In this document: positions 38,688 to 50,200 of the stretch, piece after piece
Numbering within the stretch: the stretch's first letter is position 1
How the letters are laid out: the number at the start of each line of letters is the position of its first letter
Source of the DNA: Guillardia theta CCMP2712
Taxonomy: Eukaryota; Protista; Cryptophyta
Assembly (NCBI RefSeq): GCF_000315625.1
Contig: NW_005434541.1
Span: 122,669-186,668 of the forward strand
Direction: 5' to 3'
DNA: 64,000 bases
The notes under the pieces: generated by a model
What the model was told of the DNA's origin: nothing
Databases searched by the model: none
What the model saw: the letters and a program-made list of their open reading frames with translations, nothing else
Translations under genes and position numbers: made by a program

Positions 38688-39945
38688 ATGGTACTACAGT
38701 ATGATGAGAGCGTTCGCAACCTGCTGTATCGGAGATCATGCCAATACACGCAGGGTGAGCGCTCAGGAGGCCACGTCGAGGAGGCCGCCGACCTCGTCGA
38801 GAAGGTGAACTTCACCAAGCGTTATCCGAATAGTCGGACAGCCGCAGTTATGCTTGCAGAGCTGAGGGGGGATGCACTCCCGACGCTATCGCTGAAGCCA
38901 TCCGCTCGACATGTCGGCAGGCGAGACGCGACCTGTTTGAAGACTCTCTGAGCGAATGGAGCTCAGAGTCGAAAGCATGGTTTATTCAACAGATGGAGGA
39001 GGCCAAGAAGCAGAATGTCGAGACATACATCGGCACCGAAGGCACCGAGGGGACCTCCTTCATCTCCATGACTCTCCTAGGGATTTCCTAGATCAACGTT
39101 GAAGGCATCGACATGGAGGAGGATTTGAACACCAAGTCCTGGAACGGGTCCAAGCTATGCATCCTCCTCGGCTCCACGGAGGATGCTCGACGCATGATGA
39201 AGGAGCTGCCCTTCTATCTCGAAGGCGCAGCCACCAAGCTCGAAGCAGTCGGCTTCGACAAGGAGCCTGAGGCGGCTGGTCAGCGGGGCACCAGCGACGC
39301 AGCGCAGCGACAGGAGGAGAGCGAGGGAGAGTGGCTGGAGTTTACAGACCTGGAGAGGATCACAATGGAGGCAGCATCTCCGTCAAGCCAAGAGGACATG
39401 CAGCTCGTCAGCGAGCTGTCAGCAGTCATTGAAGATGCAGCTTCTTTGAACGAGGCAGGGACGAGCGAGCCGATCAAGCTGGTCCTGGACAAGGCCGTTG
39501 GCAACCTCCACGACACGTTCTACTCTCCGGGGAGCCTGGAGTTCATGTCGCTGGGAGAGTGGGCGAAGTCGCTGGGAGAGTGGGCGAAGATGCCAACGTT
39601 CTCAAGGAGAAGCTGGGGAAGTGGCTGCAGAGCAAGCGCTGGACTCGCGTGCAAGGAGAGAGCAAGAAGGCAAGGAGGGGCAGCGCGTTCTCGCCACGGG
39701 CAACGGCAGCTGCTGAGCTTGAGCAGGAGGCGGAGAGCGACGACATAGAGCGTCGATCTCTTAGCCTCCTGTTCATAGCACTGAGTAAATTCGCAGAGAT
39801 GCATGTGCTGGCCTGCTCGCTGAAGGTGGACAAGAAGGACCGACTGCGAGTGGAGATGAGGGAAGATGACGAAGAAGAGGAAGACATGGAGGAAGAGCAA
39901 GGCGAGGGCGAGGAAGAAGACGGGGCGAGCCCGTACCGAGCTTGA
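38688..39945 (+). pseudogene. Disrupted ORF1 of copy A
   Basis: MVLQYDESVRNLLYRRSCQYTQ start and EEEDGASPYRA end match the intact ORF1; frameshifts and a ~0.9 kb internal loss. Confidence 0.85.
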
Positions 39946-40365
39946 GCTGAGCTCAAGGTAAGGAGAGAAGGTAGGAGGCGACCGAAGGCCAAGGTGAGGA
40001 GAGGCAACTCTCCTGACTGAAGCTGAGGAAGCTGAATGGAGGACGAGTAGGTGGCGACCGAAGGCCAAGGTGAGGAGAGGCAACTCTTCTGACTGAGGCT
40101 GAGGAAGCTGAATGGAGGTAGAGTAGGTGGCGACCGAAGGCCAAGGTGAGGAGAGGCGACTCTCCTGACTGAGGCTGAGGAAGCCAAGAGAAGACAGCAG
40201 AAGTAGAGAGTAGAAAGACGCCTCAGAAGCAGGGTTCGCATTGTAGGCCGTGTACTCCCAGTGCTCGAGCGCCTCTTTAGACTAGGATCAAATTGCAAAA
40301 GCCCACAACGAGGCCGAGCAACATTCTAGCATTCTAATAAACTCACATAATAATAATAATAATAA

Positions 40366-40396
40366 TAGGGTTTAGGGTTTAGGGTTTAGGGTTTAG
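40366..40396 (+). repeat. (TTTAGGG)n spacer between elements
   Basis: Direct reading of the sequence. Confidence 0.95.
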
Positions 40397-41190
40397 CAGA
40401 GGTTCCTTATTTCCTGGCAGAGGTTCCTTATTTCCTGGCAGAGGTTCCTTATTTCCTGGCAAGAGGTTCCTTATTTCCTGGCAGAGGTTCCTTATTTCCT
40501 GGCAGAGGTTCCTTATTTCCTGGCAGAGGTTCCTTATTTCCTGGCAGAGGTTCCTTATTTCCTGGCAGAGGTTCCTTATTTCCTGGCAGAGGTTCCTTAT
40601 TTCCTGGCAGAGGTTCCTTATTTCCTGGCAGAGGTTCCTTATTTCCTGGCAGAGGTTCCTTATTTCCTGGCAGAGGTTCCTTATTTCCTGGCAGAGGTTC
40701 CTTATTTCCTGGCAGAGGTTCCTTATTTCCTGGCAAAGGTTCCTTATTTCCTGGCAGAGGTTCCTTATTTCCTGGCAGAGGTTCCTTATTTCCTGGCAGA
40801 GGTTCCTTATTTCCTGGCAGAGGTTCCTTATTTCCTGGCAGAGGTTCCTTATTTCCTGGCAGAGGTTCCTTATTTCCTGGCAGAGGTTCCTTATTTCCTG
40901 GCAGAGGTTCCTTATTTCCTGGCAGAGGTTCCTTATTTCCTGGCAGAGGTTCCTTATTTCCTGGCAGAGGTTCCTTATTTCCTGGCAGAGGTTCCTTATT
41001 TCCTGGCAGAGGTTCCTTATTTCCTGGCAGAGGTTCCTTATTTCCTGGCAGAGGTTCCTTATTTCCTGGCAGAGGTTCCTTATTTCATGGCAGAGGTTCC
41101 TTATTTCCTGGCAGAGGTTCCTTATTTCCTGGCAGGTTCCTTATTTCCTGGCAGGTTCCTTATTTCCTGGCAGGTTCCTTATTTCCTGGC
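40397..41190 (+). repeat. 5' monomer array of copy B, 21 bp, about 38 copies
   Basis: AGAGGTTCCTTATTTCCTGGC in tandem; the last units are shortened by 2 nt. Confidence 0.95.
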
Positions 41191-41266
41191 ATGCAGATTT
41201 GCGGTACCCCTGCGCTGGTGGAGTAAGAGCCGCCAGGAACGACGGAAGCTTGGGAAACCATTGAGA

Positions 41267-43369
41267 ATGCTCCGAAGCATGTGGCCAATATCTATTGTGA
41301 ACCCTGACGAGATCGTGCAGTACCGTACCTCCAGCTACCTCAAGAGGCAGACGGAAACTGGAACGATGCCGTCACCAGCTGAGCTTGTGCGACGACTGGA
41401 TGACTTCGCAAGGCAGAATCCCAAAAGCAGGACGAGCAAAGCTCTGAAAGCCAAAGAGATATCCTTGGAAGCCTTAGCCGAAGCCATCAGTCACACATGC
41501 AGCTTTGCTGAACCTTCACCACTGGAGAGTCTGAAAGGTCTCGGGCAGTGGGGTGATGATGCCAGGCAGTGGTACCTGTCCGAATTTCTAGCAGACAGGC
41601 AACGGCAGATGGAGGCCAGGTCTTATGATGACCAGGGCACGAGTGTGCAGACGATTACCATGAAGGTACTAGGGATACCTGCATACTTCTCCAGACAGGT
41701 TGAAAACTTATGCGTCAAGCTGGAAGAGCAAGGCCTGATCGTAGATCAGACGCAAGACAGCAGGAGTTTGATCTTCAAGGCTCCCCTCAAGCCTGACCTG
41801 GCGAAGGCAGAAGAGATCCCAGCAGTGATCACCTTTGTCCGCAACGAGGCGGCAGAGAAATTCTGGAAAGGAGAAGGTACCTTTAAGGTGGCTGGAAGGA
41901 GGATCCTAGCAGTGAACCCAGCAGCCAACCCACCGATCTCGTTCAAGATGCGACCAAAGAAGGAGAACATGGGCAGAGTCGGAATCCTAGCGGAGGTGGC
42001 CCAACTCCTTAAGCTCAATGATTCGAGTACAGGTGATATATGTGAGATCTACAGGCAGTTGTGCTTGAAACAGGGCCTAGCAATTATCGACCTGATCCCA
42101 AACGCGGGAATGACAGTGAACCTCCCCCCCAAGAGGAACCTGCCGCCAAAGAAGGTGTTTGCAGCGGTAGGAATAGACACAGTCAACCAGAACAGAGAGG
42201 TAGACTGGATCGCGACTTGTTCGAGCCTGGAAGTAGCGGACATCGTCCTCCAGGCATTCGATCGACATGGAAAAGATCGAGCAGGAGTCACTTTGGGATT
42301 GGTCTCAGAGAATGACAAAATACTGAAATGGTTTTCAGTTCAAATGGAAGCAACGACTATGCTCAAGCATACGAAGAATGCTGTGCGACAGGAGGCGGCA
42401 ACGGCAACGGGGGCAGAGATGCTGTACTCAGTGCAAATCTCCTCCCCAGTGCCATCAGGGAAGTTCTCTCGAAGTGAGATTGAAAAAATCTGCGCCAGTG
42501 ACGAAACGGGCAGAGCCAAAGTCATCCGAAACATCCGGAGGTCTGTCGCATGCTGGGACCCACAGGTTGAAAAAGAGCTGCAACGGGTACACATCCAATG
42601 TGACGCAGAGACGGGGATGTGGGATGGGTCTGGAATTATTCTCAGGCTACGAAGTGAAAGGAGTGCAAGAAAGATGATGGCTGAATTCCCCACACACCTT
42701 CTCTGCTGGCAAGGCACAGTTGAGATCCAGACGACAGCAAGTAGTCTGAACCTCACAGTGTCGCCTCAGGCAACACAGGATCAATCTGACCAAGCGAACC
42801 GTGTGGAAAGAGATTGAACTGAACTCAATCATCAACGAAACAAACCTGCCCGACGCGGAAGCAGAGGTAGTAATTGCTGAGATCAAGACAGCTATCGCGG
42901 AAGTAGTTAACAGCAAGGAAAGACCTTACTTCGTCTTGACGATGCTGTGCACGACATGCAGGTCGCCTTAGACAGTCCAGGCAACGCGTCCTTCTCCACG
43001 CTGCAAGAATGGGCTGATAAAGGCACTGGAGCGACATGGGATACCCAGAGTAAGGGCTTCAAAGAGCGAGTCCAACGAATCGTTGAGAAGCATACATGGA
43101 AGGTCGCGAAGCGCAAGCAAAGCGCTTTTGCCCCCAAAGAAGAGAAGCAGTTTAAGACTGACCTGCTCTTCATTGCATTGAATAAATTCCTAGAGGAGAC
43201 AGTAATCTCTTCGGTAGGAATGCTGGGAGATAACGACGAACTAAAGTTCATGTTGAGCACTGAACTACAGATGAAAGAGGCCGGAATGGAAGAGGAACAG
43301 GAGGAAGGGAGCAAGGCGGACGACGCAGAGGGGATGTCACTAGACTCCCCCCCTGCGGCACAAGCTTAA
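41267..43369 (+). CDS. ORF1 of copy B (putative RNA-binding, RRM-like; acidic tail); two frameshifts near 42790 and 42925
   Basis: Collinear similarity to 60348-62495 (LEEQGLIVDQTQDSRSLIFKAP vs FEEIGLIVDSVQESKAIMWKAP; LLFIALNKF vs LLFIALSKF); the intervening frame encodes the homologous segment. Confidence 0.8.
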
Positions 43370-46300
43370 TGGACGCAGGAACAGGAGGAGACGAGGGCAG
43401 GTGGGACAATTGGCACAAGGGTGAGGGGGAAGGACAAGAAGGTGAGAAAAACAAAGACAAAGAAAATCAAAAAACGACACAAACATTCGACCTCGTAGGG
43501 GAGATCCCCTGGAGTCGAAGGGAACAAAACAGAGAATATGGATTAGCGGCGCTACTCAACTCGGGAGAAGCTGGCTTTCTCTCCGAAGATGTTGTGGAGG
43601 CGATAATCCTCGAGGCAAGCGAAGGTATCGAACCATTGGAAGACAGATTTCAAGTAGCATGGCTACGAGACAAGAGGTACGCGAACGCGCAAACTAGAAA
43701 CCAGGTCGAGTCGCCGAGAGGGACTATTGTCCTCCCGAGAATAGTAGCTTGTTTGAGAGATCAAGAGGGAAGGACAAAGAGAGCAAAGCGACTACTAGCC
43801 GGGGCAGCTCAGCCATTCTTATTCCCGTGTGTAGAGAATGGCAATCATTGGATTCTACTAATGGCAGATTTTGACACAAAAAGAATACGCATTGTTGATT
43901 CACTCAGCACGGCTGAGAGAGACTTGGGGATTGTCAGAAGTCAAAGGGAGGCACAGTTTCAGCTGGACTTCTTCTCTTCCCTGTTCCTGCCTGCTCAAGT
44001 CCGAGTTTTGCCCAGATGACATTCGCTTGTAGAAGGAACATGCAACGACATGGCGGGTTTACCTGTCAACTGAGCTACAACAAACAGACAATCACAACTG
44101 TGGGATCTTCATACTGTTGCATTTGCTGCTGATCGCAAAGACAAACAGACCGACACAACGAGACATCTCAAAAACAGGTAGGCAGCAAGGCGTCCCCCCA
44201 CCCCAGCAATGGCTCGAGAGGATGAGGCACCGGCTGCTGGATGCGCTTTGGGTGGAGGATCCAGGAAAAGCGCGCATGCGAGAAACGATCAAAGGCATCT
44301 GCAGAGCTTTACAACACGCGCAAGATAAAGGGTACAAGGAATGGCAAGCAGCAGAGGTGACCCAGGCACAAGAGATGGAGCAGGGAGAGCAAGAACCGTG
44401 GCAAGCGAGAAACATGGCGGACCTGCGGACATATGAAAGGTCAGAACAGATGGACTCACTACCGCCGCAGGCCACATCGCTCCCCCCAGCGGGCAAGCAC
44501 AAAGAACAAGCTTCGAACGATGTAAGGGGAACTAGGGAGGAGGAGGAGACGCACTCTCCGGCAAGAGATCGAAGGGGAGTACCACATCAACTTCAATGGG
44601 CCAATAGGGAAGAGGAACAAATACTAACAACAGGTAGAAAACCTCACAATGCAATTCGAACAGAAAGATCAGAGCAACCATCATGGGTGGAGATGCACAG
44701 AAAGGATAACACCCCAGGCAACATCATCTCTCAAAATGTTAATGGGTGCAGCCAGTTTGTGCTGAAACACATCTTGGGATACCTGATTGAGACATACCAG
44801 CCGAGCGTGGTAATGCTGCAGGAGGTCTTGGTAGGGGGGAGGAGGAAAGAGATAGCTCTCCGAACGATGATCAAGAAGGAATGGGGATGCTATCGAGTAT
44901 TTATCACGAAAGGCACGGGGGGCGGGAGAAAGGGTAAGAGTGACCTACGCCTCATGACATTAGCGCATGCTGACCTTGCACCTCGCCCCCCCCTGCCATG
45001 GGAGCGCGAGGTCTCCCAAAAAAGAATACAGGTTTTACACGTTGGCCGCAAAAAAGAAACAATAGTGTTGGCGAACGTACATTTCCCTATCGCATCGGAG
45101 GGGAGAGACCGAGACAACATGTGGAAGGCGCTGAGCCAGATGCTCAAGATGGACCCAAACATTAAGCTCAGCATCGTCGGAGGCGACTTCAACGCATCTC
45201 GAAAGCTTGCAGAGATCTGCACGAGAGTAGGGTACGGGAGCAACTCGAACGTGCACCGCGCAGATGAGGAAATGGAACGAAACTTAAATGAGCTGGGGCG
45301 ATATCAGATGGTCACCTGCGAAAAGATGAGCAGAAGCAGTTCGCATTTCACCTTCTCCACATGGTACAAACAGGGCCACCACCAAGCCAAATTAGACCAT
45401 GTCTTCGCTCTACATCATTCATCTCGCACAGTAAGCCTGATATCCGAGACCGCAGAAGACTGCATCATAGGAGCCGCAGTCGATCACAGGGCACTGGTGG
45501 TGAATGTGACTGCGCTAGATGATAAGGGCGAACAATTTATTCCAACGGTTGAAATGCTTACACAAAGGAAGGACCGAGATGCCATTCTTCGACGAAAGAA
45601 GCGGGTGGTAGAGATAGAAAAGATATCGGGACGACTAGGCGTGGAATGGGCAATGGCTCTCGACGAGAAGATACAAGCGGCACAAGCTCTACAGCAAGAT
45701 TGCGACATTATCAATTTGATAACAACTGCCCTTCCCATTAAGGAAATCCCCCTACGAACCTCAGGTGGGAAGCGATACTCATCGAAGATTCAAATGGACC
45801 TGAAAAGGAAGATTAAGCAACTTCGCAAGGATCTGAGAAGCGCATCAGAAATCACAGACTATATTGATCGTGCACACAGGGAGTCGAGTATCAACGCCGA
45901 ACTAAGAGAGACTATGATCAAATTCAAGGAGATCTGCACCGAACAGGACCAACAAACCTTCCTGAAAGCTTGCGAGGAACGCCGACGACGACTGGGCACG
46001 ATAGGGAGTAAAGAGTCCCAGAATGCAATGGGGAAGAAATCAGACTATAAGCCCAAAGCCCCAATGAGTAGCCAACTGCCAGAGAAATGCCACCCAAATA
46101 CAATTGAACTCAAAAACAGCGCTGCAGCGGTCAGAGCTAGAGTATTTACAGGACCTGGATCCGCTGATGGAAGCATTCCTGCAAAACAGCTCCAAAGAAT
46201 CAAGCAAAACTTTTTGGAATGCAAAACATCAAACCTTACTGCACGTTGAGGTCCTCGGGGCGGGAAATCAAACATCAAAGAAGCTCTCCCTCACCGTGGC

Positions 46301-47297
46301 GCCAGCACATTTGATTGTACAAATCATTCGGGAACTGCTCCCACAACCAGGAGGGTGGCGCCTAGAAGGATACAAGAACATCGAGCAATTTCTCCCTATG
46401 AGATTGGCTAGCGAACTCGAAGATGAAACCCACACGGCAACCTTCTTCGCAGTCAACGGCTGCACGACGAATGGAACCTGCGCAAAGGCGGAGTGTCAAA
46501 CACGAGGACGATTGATCCCGCTATATGACAAAGGTCAGAAGAACGAAGAAACGACGATCCTCTTCTTCTGCAAACAGTGTCAATCATTCACCTCCGTCCA
46601 ACCACCGGAATTCAACTCTCCCGCGAACATTGATCAACACCCGACCAGGGAAATAGAAATTGCTTTTCCCCTGGAGCCAGGAGAAATTCAGATTTGGATT
46701 CAAAAAGTATCAAATCGCAAGGCAGCAGGCATGGATTTGATCTCAAACGAGATCCTGAAAGCTTTACCTGACAGCGCAAAGGAGGAGATAGGAAAAGTGA
46801 TCAGTAGAGCGTTGACAGGAGACAAAACGTTGTTGAACATGCTAGCACGAGTCAGACTCCTTCCAAAAAACGAGCTCTGTCATGTTCTGGAAAATATGCG
46901 TCCTATATGTATCCTCTCGTCGGTGACGCGAATCTTCCAAGCGGTGATAGCACACAGACTGGCAAAAGCAGCTGAGAGGCACAAGCTGTTAACAGATAAC
47001 CAAGAGGGTTTCCGACCCGAGGGCGGGACGATCCGTCAAGGTCATAGACTACTTAACATCATCGAGGAGGCCCAGAGCAGTCAAAACAACATTATACTGT
47101 TATACCTCGACTTTGCCAACTTCTTCAATAACGTCGCGGTTGAATCCATCGCAAAAATCATGGAGGTATATGGATTCCACCAGCGCGATGTCGACGTCGC
47201 AGTCAGCTGCAGTCAAGGCATAGCTCTGCAAATTCAGACTGAGAGGTTTGATACAGCAGCAATCCCACTTCTCAGAGGATTACCCCAAGGCAGCCCG
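43369..47297 (+). CDS. ORF2 of copy B: Ulp1/C48-like protease, APE endonuclease, Cys-rich segment, reverse transcriptase (N-terminal half); putative intron 43999-44032; +1 shift near 46112
   Basis: Protease NHWILL..IVDSL..QQTDNHNCGIF; APE ISQNVNG, MLQEV, LANVHFP, VGGDFN, KLDHVF, VDHRAL; RT KAAGMDLI, LLPK, MRPICIL, QEGFRP, YLDFANFFNNV, GLPQGSP; no YADD motif. Confidence 0.9.
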
Positions 47298-50200
47298 GAG
47301 ACTGCACCTGTGGTCGACAATAAGCCCAAGACCCCGGCTGGGGGCGGAAATGACATGATGCAAGAGGTATTAAGAAAACAAAGAGAGATGAAGGAAAAGC
47401 GCAAGGTCCTTGAGGAAGCGGGATCGGGAGCGGGATCGGGAGCGGGATCGCCGCCCGCGGCCTCAAGGCAGCCCACGCCCCCGAAACCGTCGATGATGGA
47501 CGAATTGAACAGGGCCATTAGGACGCCGGGATTGAGGTCGGCGAGGGACGGCCCCGCAGCCAGGCCCGTGGAGAATCCGGCCAAGACTGGCTATCGCAGG
47601 TACGGCAACTTCGTGGACATGGACGTGACGAATGCGAAGTATGCGCTGGGTCTGGTCCAAGCTGAGGCGAACAGCAATGACAATGCCCAATCGATATACC
47701 TGGCGGGGATCAACAATATCCTGAAGAAGAAGAGGGCTGGCATCAACGGGAAGGACGACTCGGATGAGGACAGTGACAACCAGTGGTCCGATGATGAGGA
47801 CATCGACTATGAGACGGTCAGGCACATGCTGGGCAAGATGATGCTGCGCGACATGTTTGCGCTCTACGCCCATGTCGTCGAGAAGGAGTTGGTCACCACC
47901 CTGACGGGCCTGGAAGAGATGGAGTCCAAGAGTGACTACAACATGGTAGGCAACGCGCTGTTCACCCTCTACTCGGAAGCTGAATGGGTCAAGGAATGCG
48001 TCCAGCTCGTCAAGGTCGCGGACAGCGTCATCCCGGACTTCATCAAGGCGCACGGCCTGCAGCGGTTGATCGATCTGTTCAGCGCAGGGTCCAAGGCATC
48101 GAGTGTCAGCAAGACGATCGGCGGCGTGAAGGGGTACACCCTCCAGAAGATCAGGACCCTGGCGGTGCTGGATTGCTTCGATGAGACCCTCGGCGACATC
48201 TACGATTGCTGCGTCTATTCCGTCGAGGTGCTCAAGTGCATCATGCTGGCCTCGCGCCTCGTCTGCGCCAGGAAGTACGAGGGCATGCTGATGGACTACT
48301 GGCAGAAGAACAAGAAGTACGATAAGCTCTGCCTGAACAGCTACAAGCACGCGGTGGGCCAGACTCTCCTCGGGCCCGTGTTCGACAAGGCCTTCGAGGA
48401 TATGCAAGGATCCGACGGGCCGTTCTTCGTCCGCAAAGTCGGCGTGGACGCGAAATTCAAGCTCAGCCCGCACCTCGCGGGCTTCAGCCCCATATCCCAG
48501 TTCGGCTCCTACGGCCTCGTCTCCACCGACCTCTACGCCTGCTACGGGGAGGAGATGAAGACGTTCAACGGGCTGCAGGACCTGTACCTCCAGTACATGA
48601 CCTCCCCGCCGGAGTCCGCCGTCGTCCGCTGCGTGCAGGACCGCGTCCGGCAGAGGGTCAACGACCTCGCGAGGGTGAGCGGCATGACGAAGCTGGCGGA
48701 CTTCGTCGAGGGGCTGGAGGCCAAGCTCGGGTCCGACCGCTTGATGGAGCAGAAGCTCTACCTCGAGTGGATCCTGACGAACAAGGCGGTGTTGAACAAG
48801 CTCTACCCCCTCCACTCCTTCGACGACGACGGGTGCTACTACAAGGAGGCCCTGCGGGACACCGCCGCGGAGAGGGAGGGCACGGACGCCCTGGGCGGCA
48901 AGAGGTACGAAATCTTCAGCTTTATGAACACCATGAGCTTCAAGAAGCTCCACGTCCTGGTCAAGTACATCGCCGACGAGAAGGTGGACGAGATGTTCAT
49001 CCAGGACCCGTCGATCGCAGAGCTTGCCTTGAAGGTGGCCTGCATGTACATCGTCGACAGCAACCTCGCGGAGTTCGCCAGGGTCGAGCAGCTGGACAGG
49101 GAGGCCGTCGCCTCGCACAGCCTGGGCGCGCACGACGCCGAGCTGTACGACAAGCTCGTCTCGAACCTCCTCGAGTCGTCCAAGGAGCTGGAGGCCATCA
49201 AGAGGAACACGAGCCCGGCCGTCGGCGCGGCGCTGGGGGCGACCATCGGCGTTAGTATCAGGCTGCCGCCGTCGGGCCCGCCGCCAGCCTCGGCCCTGCA
49301 GGAGGGGGACAGTCTGAGGCTCGCCCCGCTGTCCGTGACCGACCTGCTGACCGCCGACAGCGTGGAGGTGATCGAGAACCTATCCGCCGTCGACCCTTCG
49401 CTCGCCAACGTGGTCAACGAGCAGGTGAAGGACTCGTTGCAAGCCGGCAAGCAGATCGAGGTCCCGTCCATGACCCCGCTGGAAGCGCAAGCCATGACCC
49501 TGACCTACATCGAGAAGGACATCGAGCATGTGAAGCAGATGATGAGCAGCGGCATATCCGACGCGGACAAGGAATCGATCGTGAAGGGGATCGAGGTCAA
49601 GCTCGAGGACTGCGGGAAAAATCTCGGGTCCATCCAAGGCATGTACACACAGTCGGAGCAGCTGTTCGACCGCATCAAGGCTCTCTACGACGCGGAGAAA
49701 ACGAAGGATCCGAGCTCGGCCACCACCACGACGCTGCACAACCTCACAGTGCAGGCCAGCGCGAAGTTATCCGACATCAAGGACTTCGTGGACGGGGCTA
49801 AGCACCAGGTCGCCAGTGTCGAGAAGCTCAAGTCGGACGTGATGTCCTCGCTGAGCTTTTCGTTCTGCACCTCGGAGCAGCTCCGCGCCGACACGTTCGT
49901 CGTTTCCGTGCAGAACCTGTTGAAGGAAGCGGATGCTACTCTCCGGCTTCTCAAAGACGATGATGCGGAGGCCGTGAAGATCGAGGCCTTGGCCCATCAC
50001 ACCCCTCCTGCCTCGCCTCGTCCTACTCCCCCTGCCTCGCCTCGTCCTACTCCCCCTGCCTCGCCTCGTCCTACTCCCCCCGCTTCTCCTCGTCCTGCTT
50101 CTCCTCTTCATCCCACTCCCCCCGCCTCTCCTCGTCCTACTCCCCCTGCTCCTCTTCATCCCACTCCCCCTGCTCCTCACCCTCCCACTGGTTCTTCTTC

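Larger units (their letters stand above)
38496..40365 (+). mobile_element. Telomere-embedded non-autonomous (ORF1-only) non-LTR element, copy A; internally deleted / chimeric
   Basis: Flanked by TTTAGGG, 5' 20-bp monomer array, broken ORF1 homologous to 60348-62495, 3' AATAAA and (TAA)6 tail. Confidence 0.8.
40397..47297 (+). mobile_element. Autonomous-type APE/RT non-LTR retrotransposon in telomeric repeat, copy B; truncated at the 3' side within RT
   Basis: 5' monomer array, ORF1 homologous to the ORF1-only elements, ORF2 with protease, APE and RT motifs. Confidence 0.9.

Noticed and set aside
40397-41190. Tandem arrays (also 59706-60255 and 30438-30782) as CRISPR arrays
   Set aside because: Units are contiguous with no unique spacers, no cas genes are present, and the context is eukaryotic
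46100-46125. Programmed frameshift in ORF2 (also the ORF1 shifts near 42790 and 42925)
   Set aside because: Explained by single-base indels (e.g. in an A5 run); cannot be distinguished from decay or sequencing error with one copy
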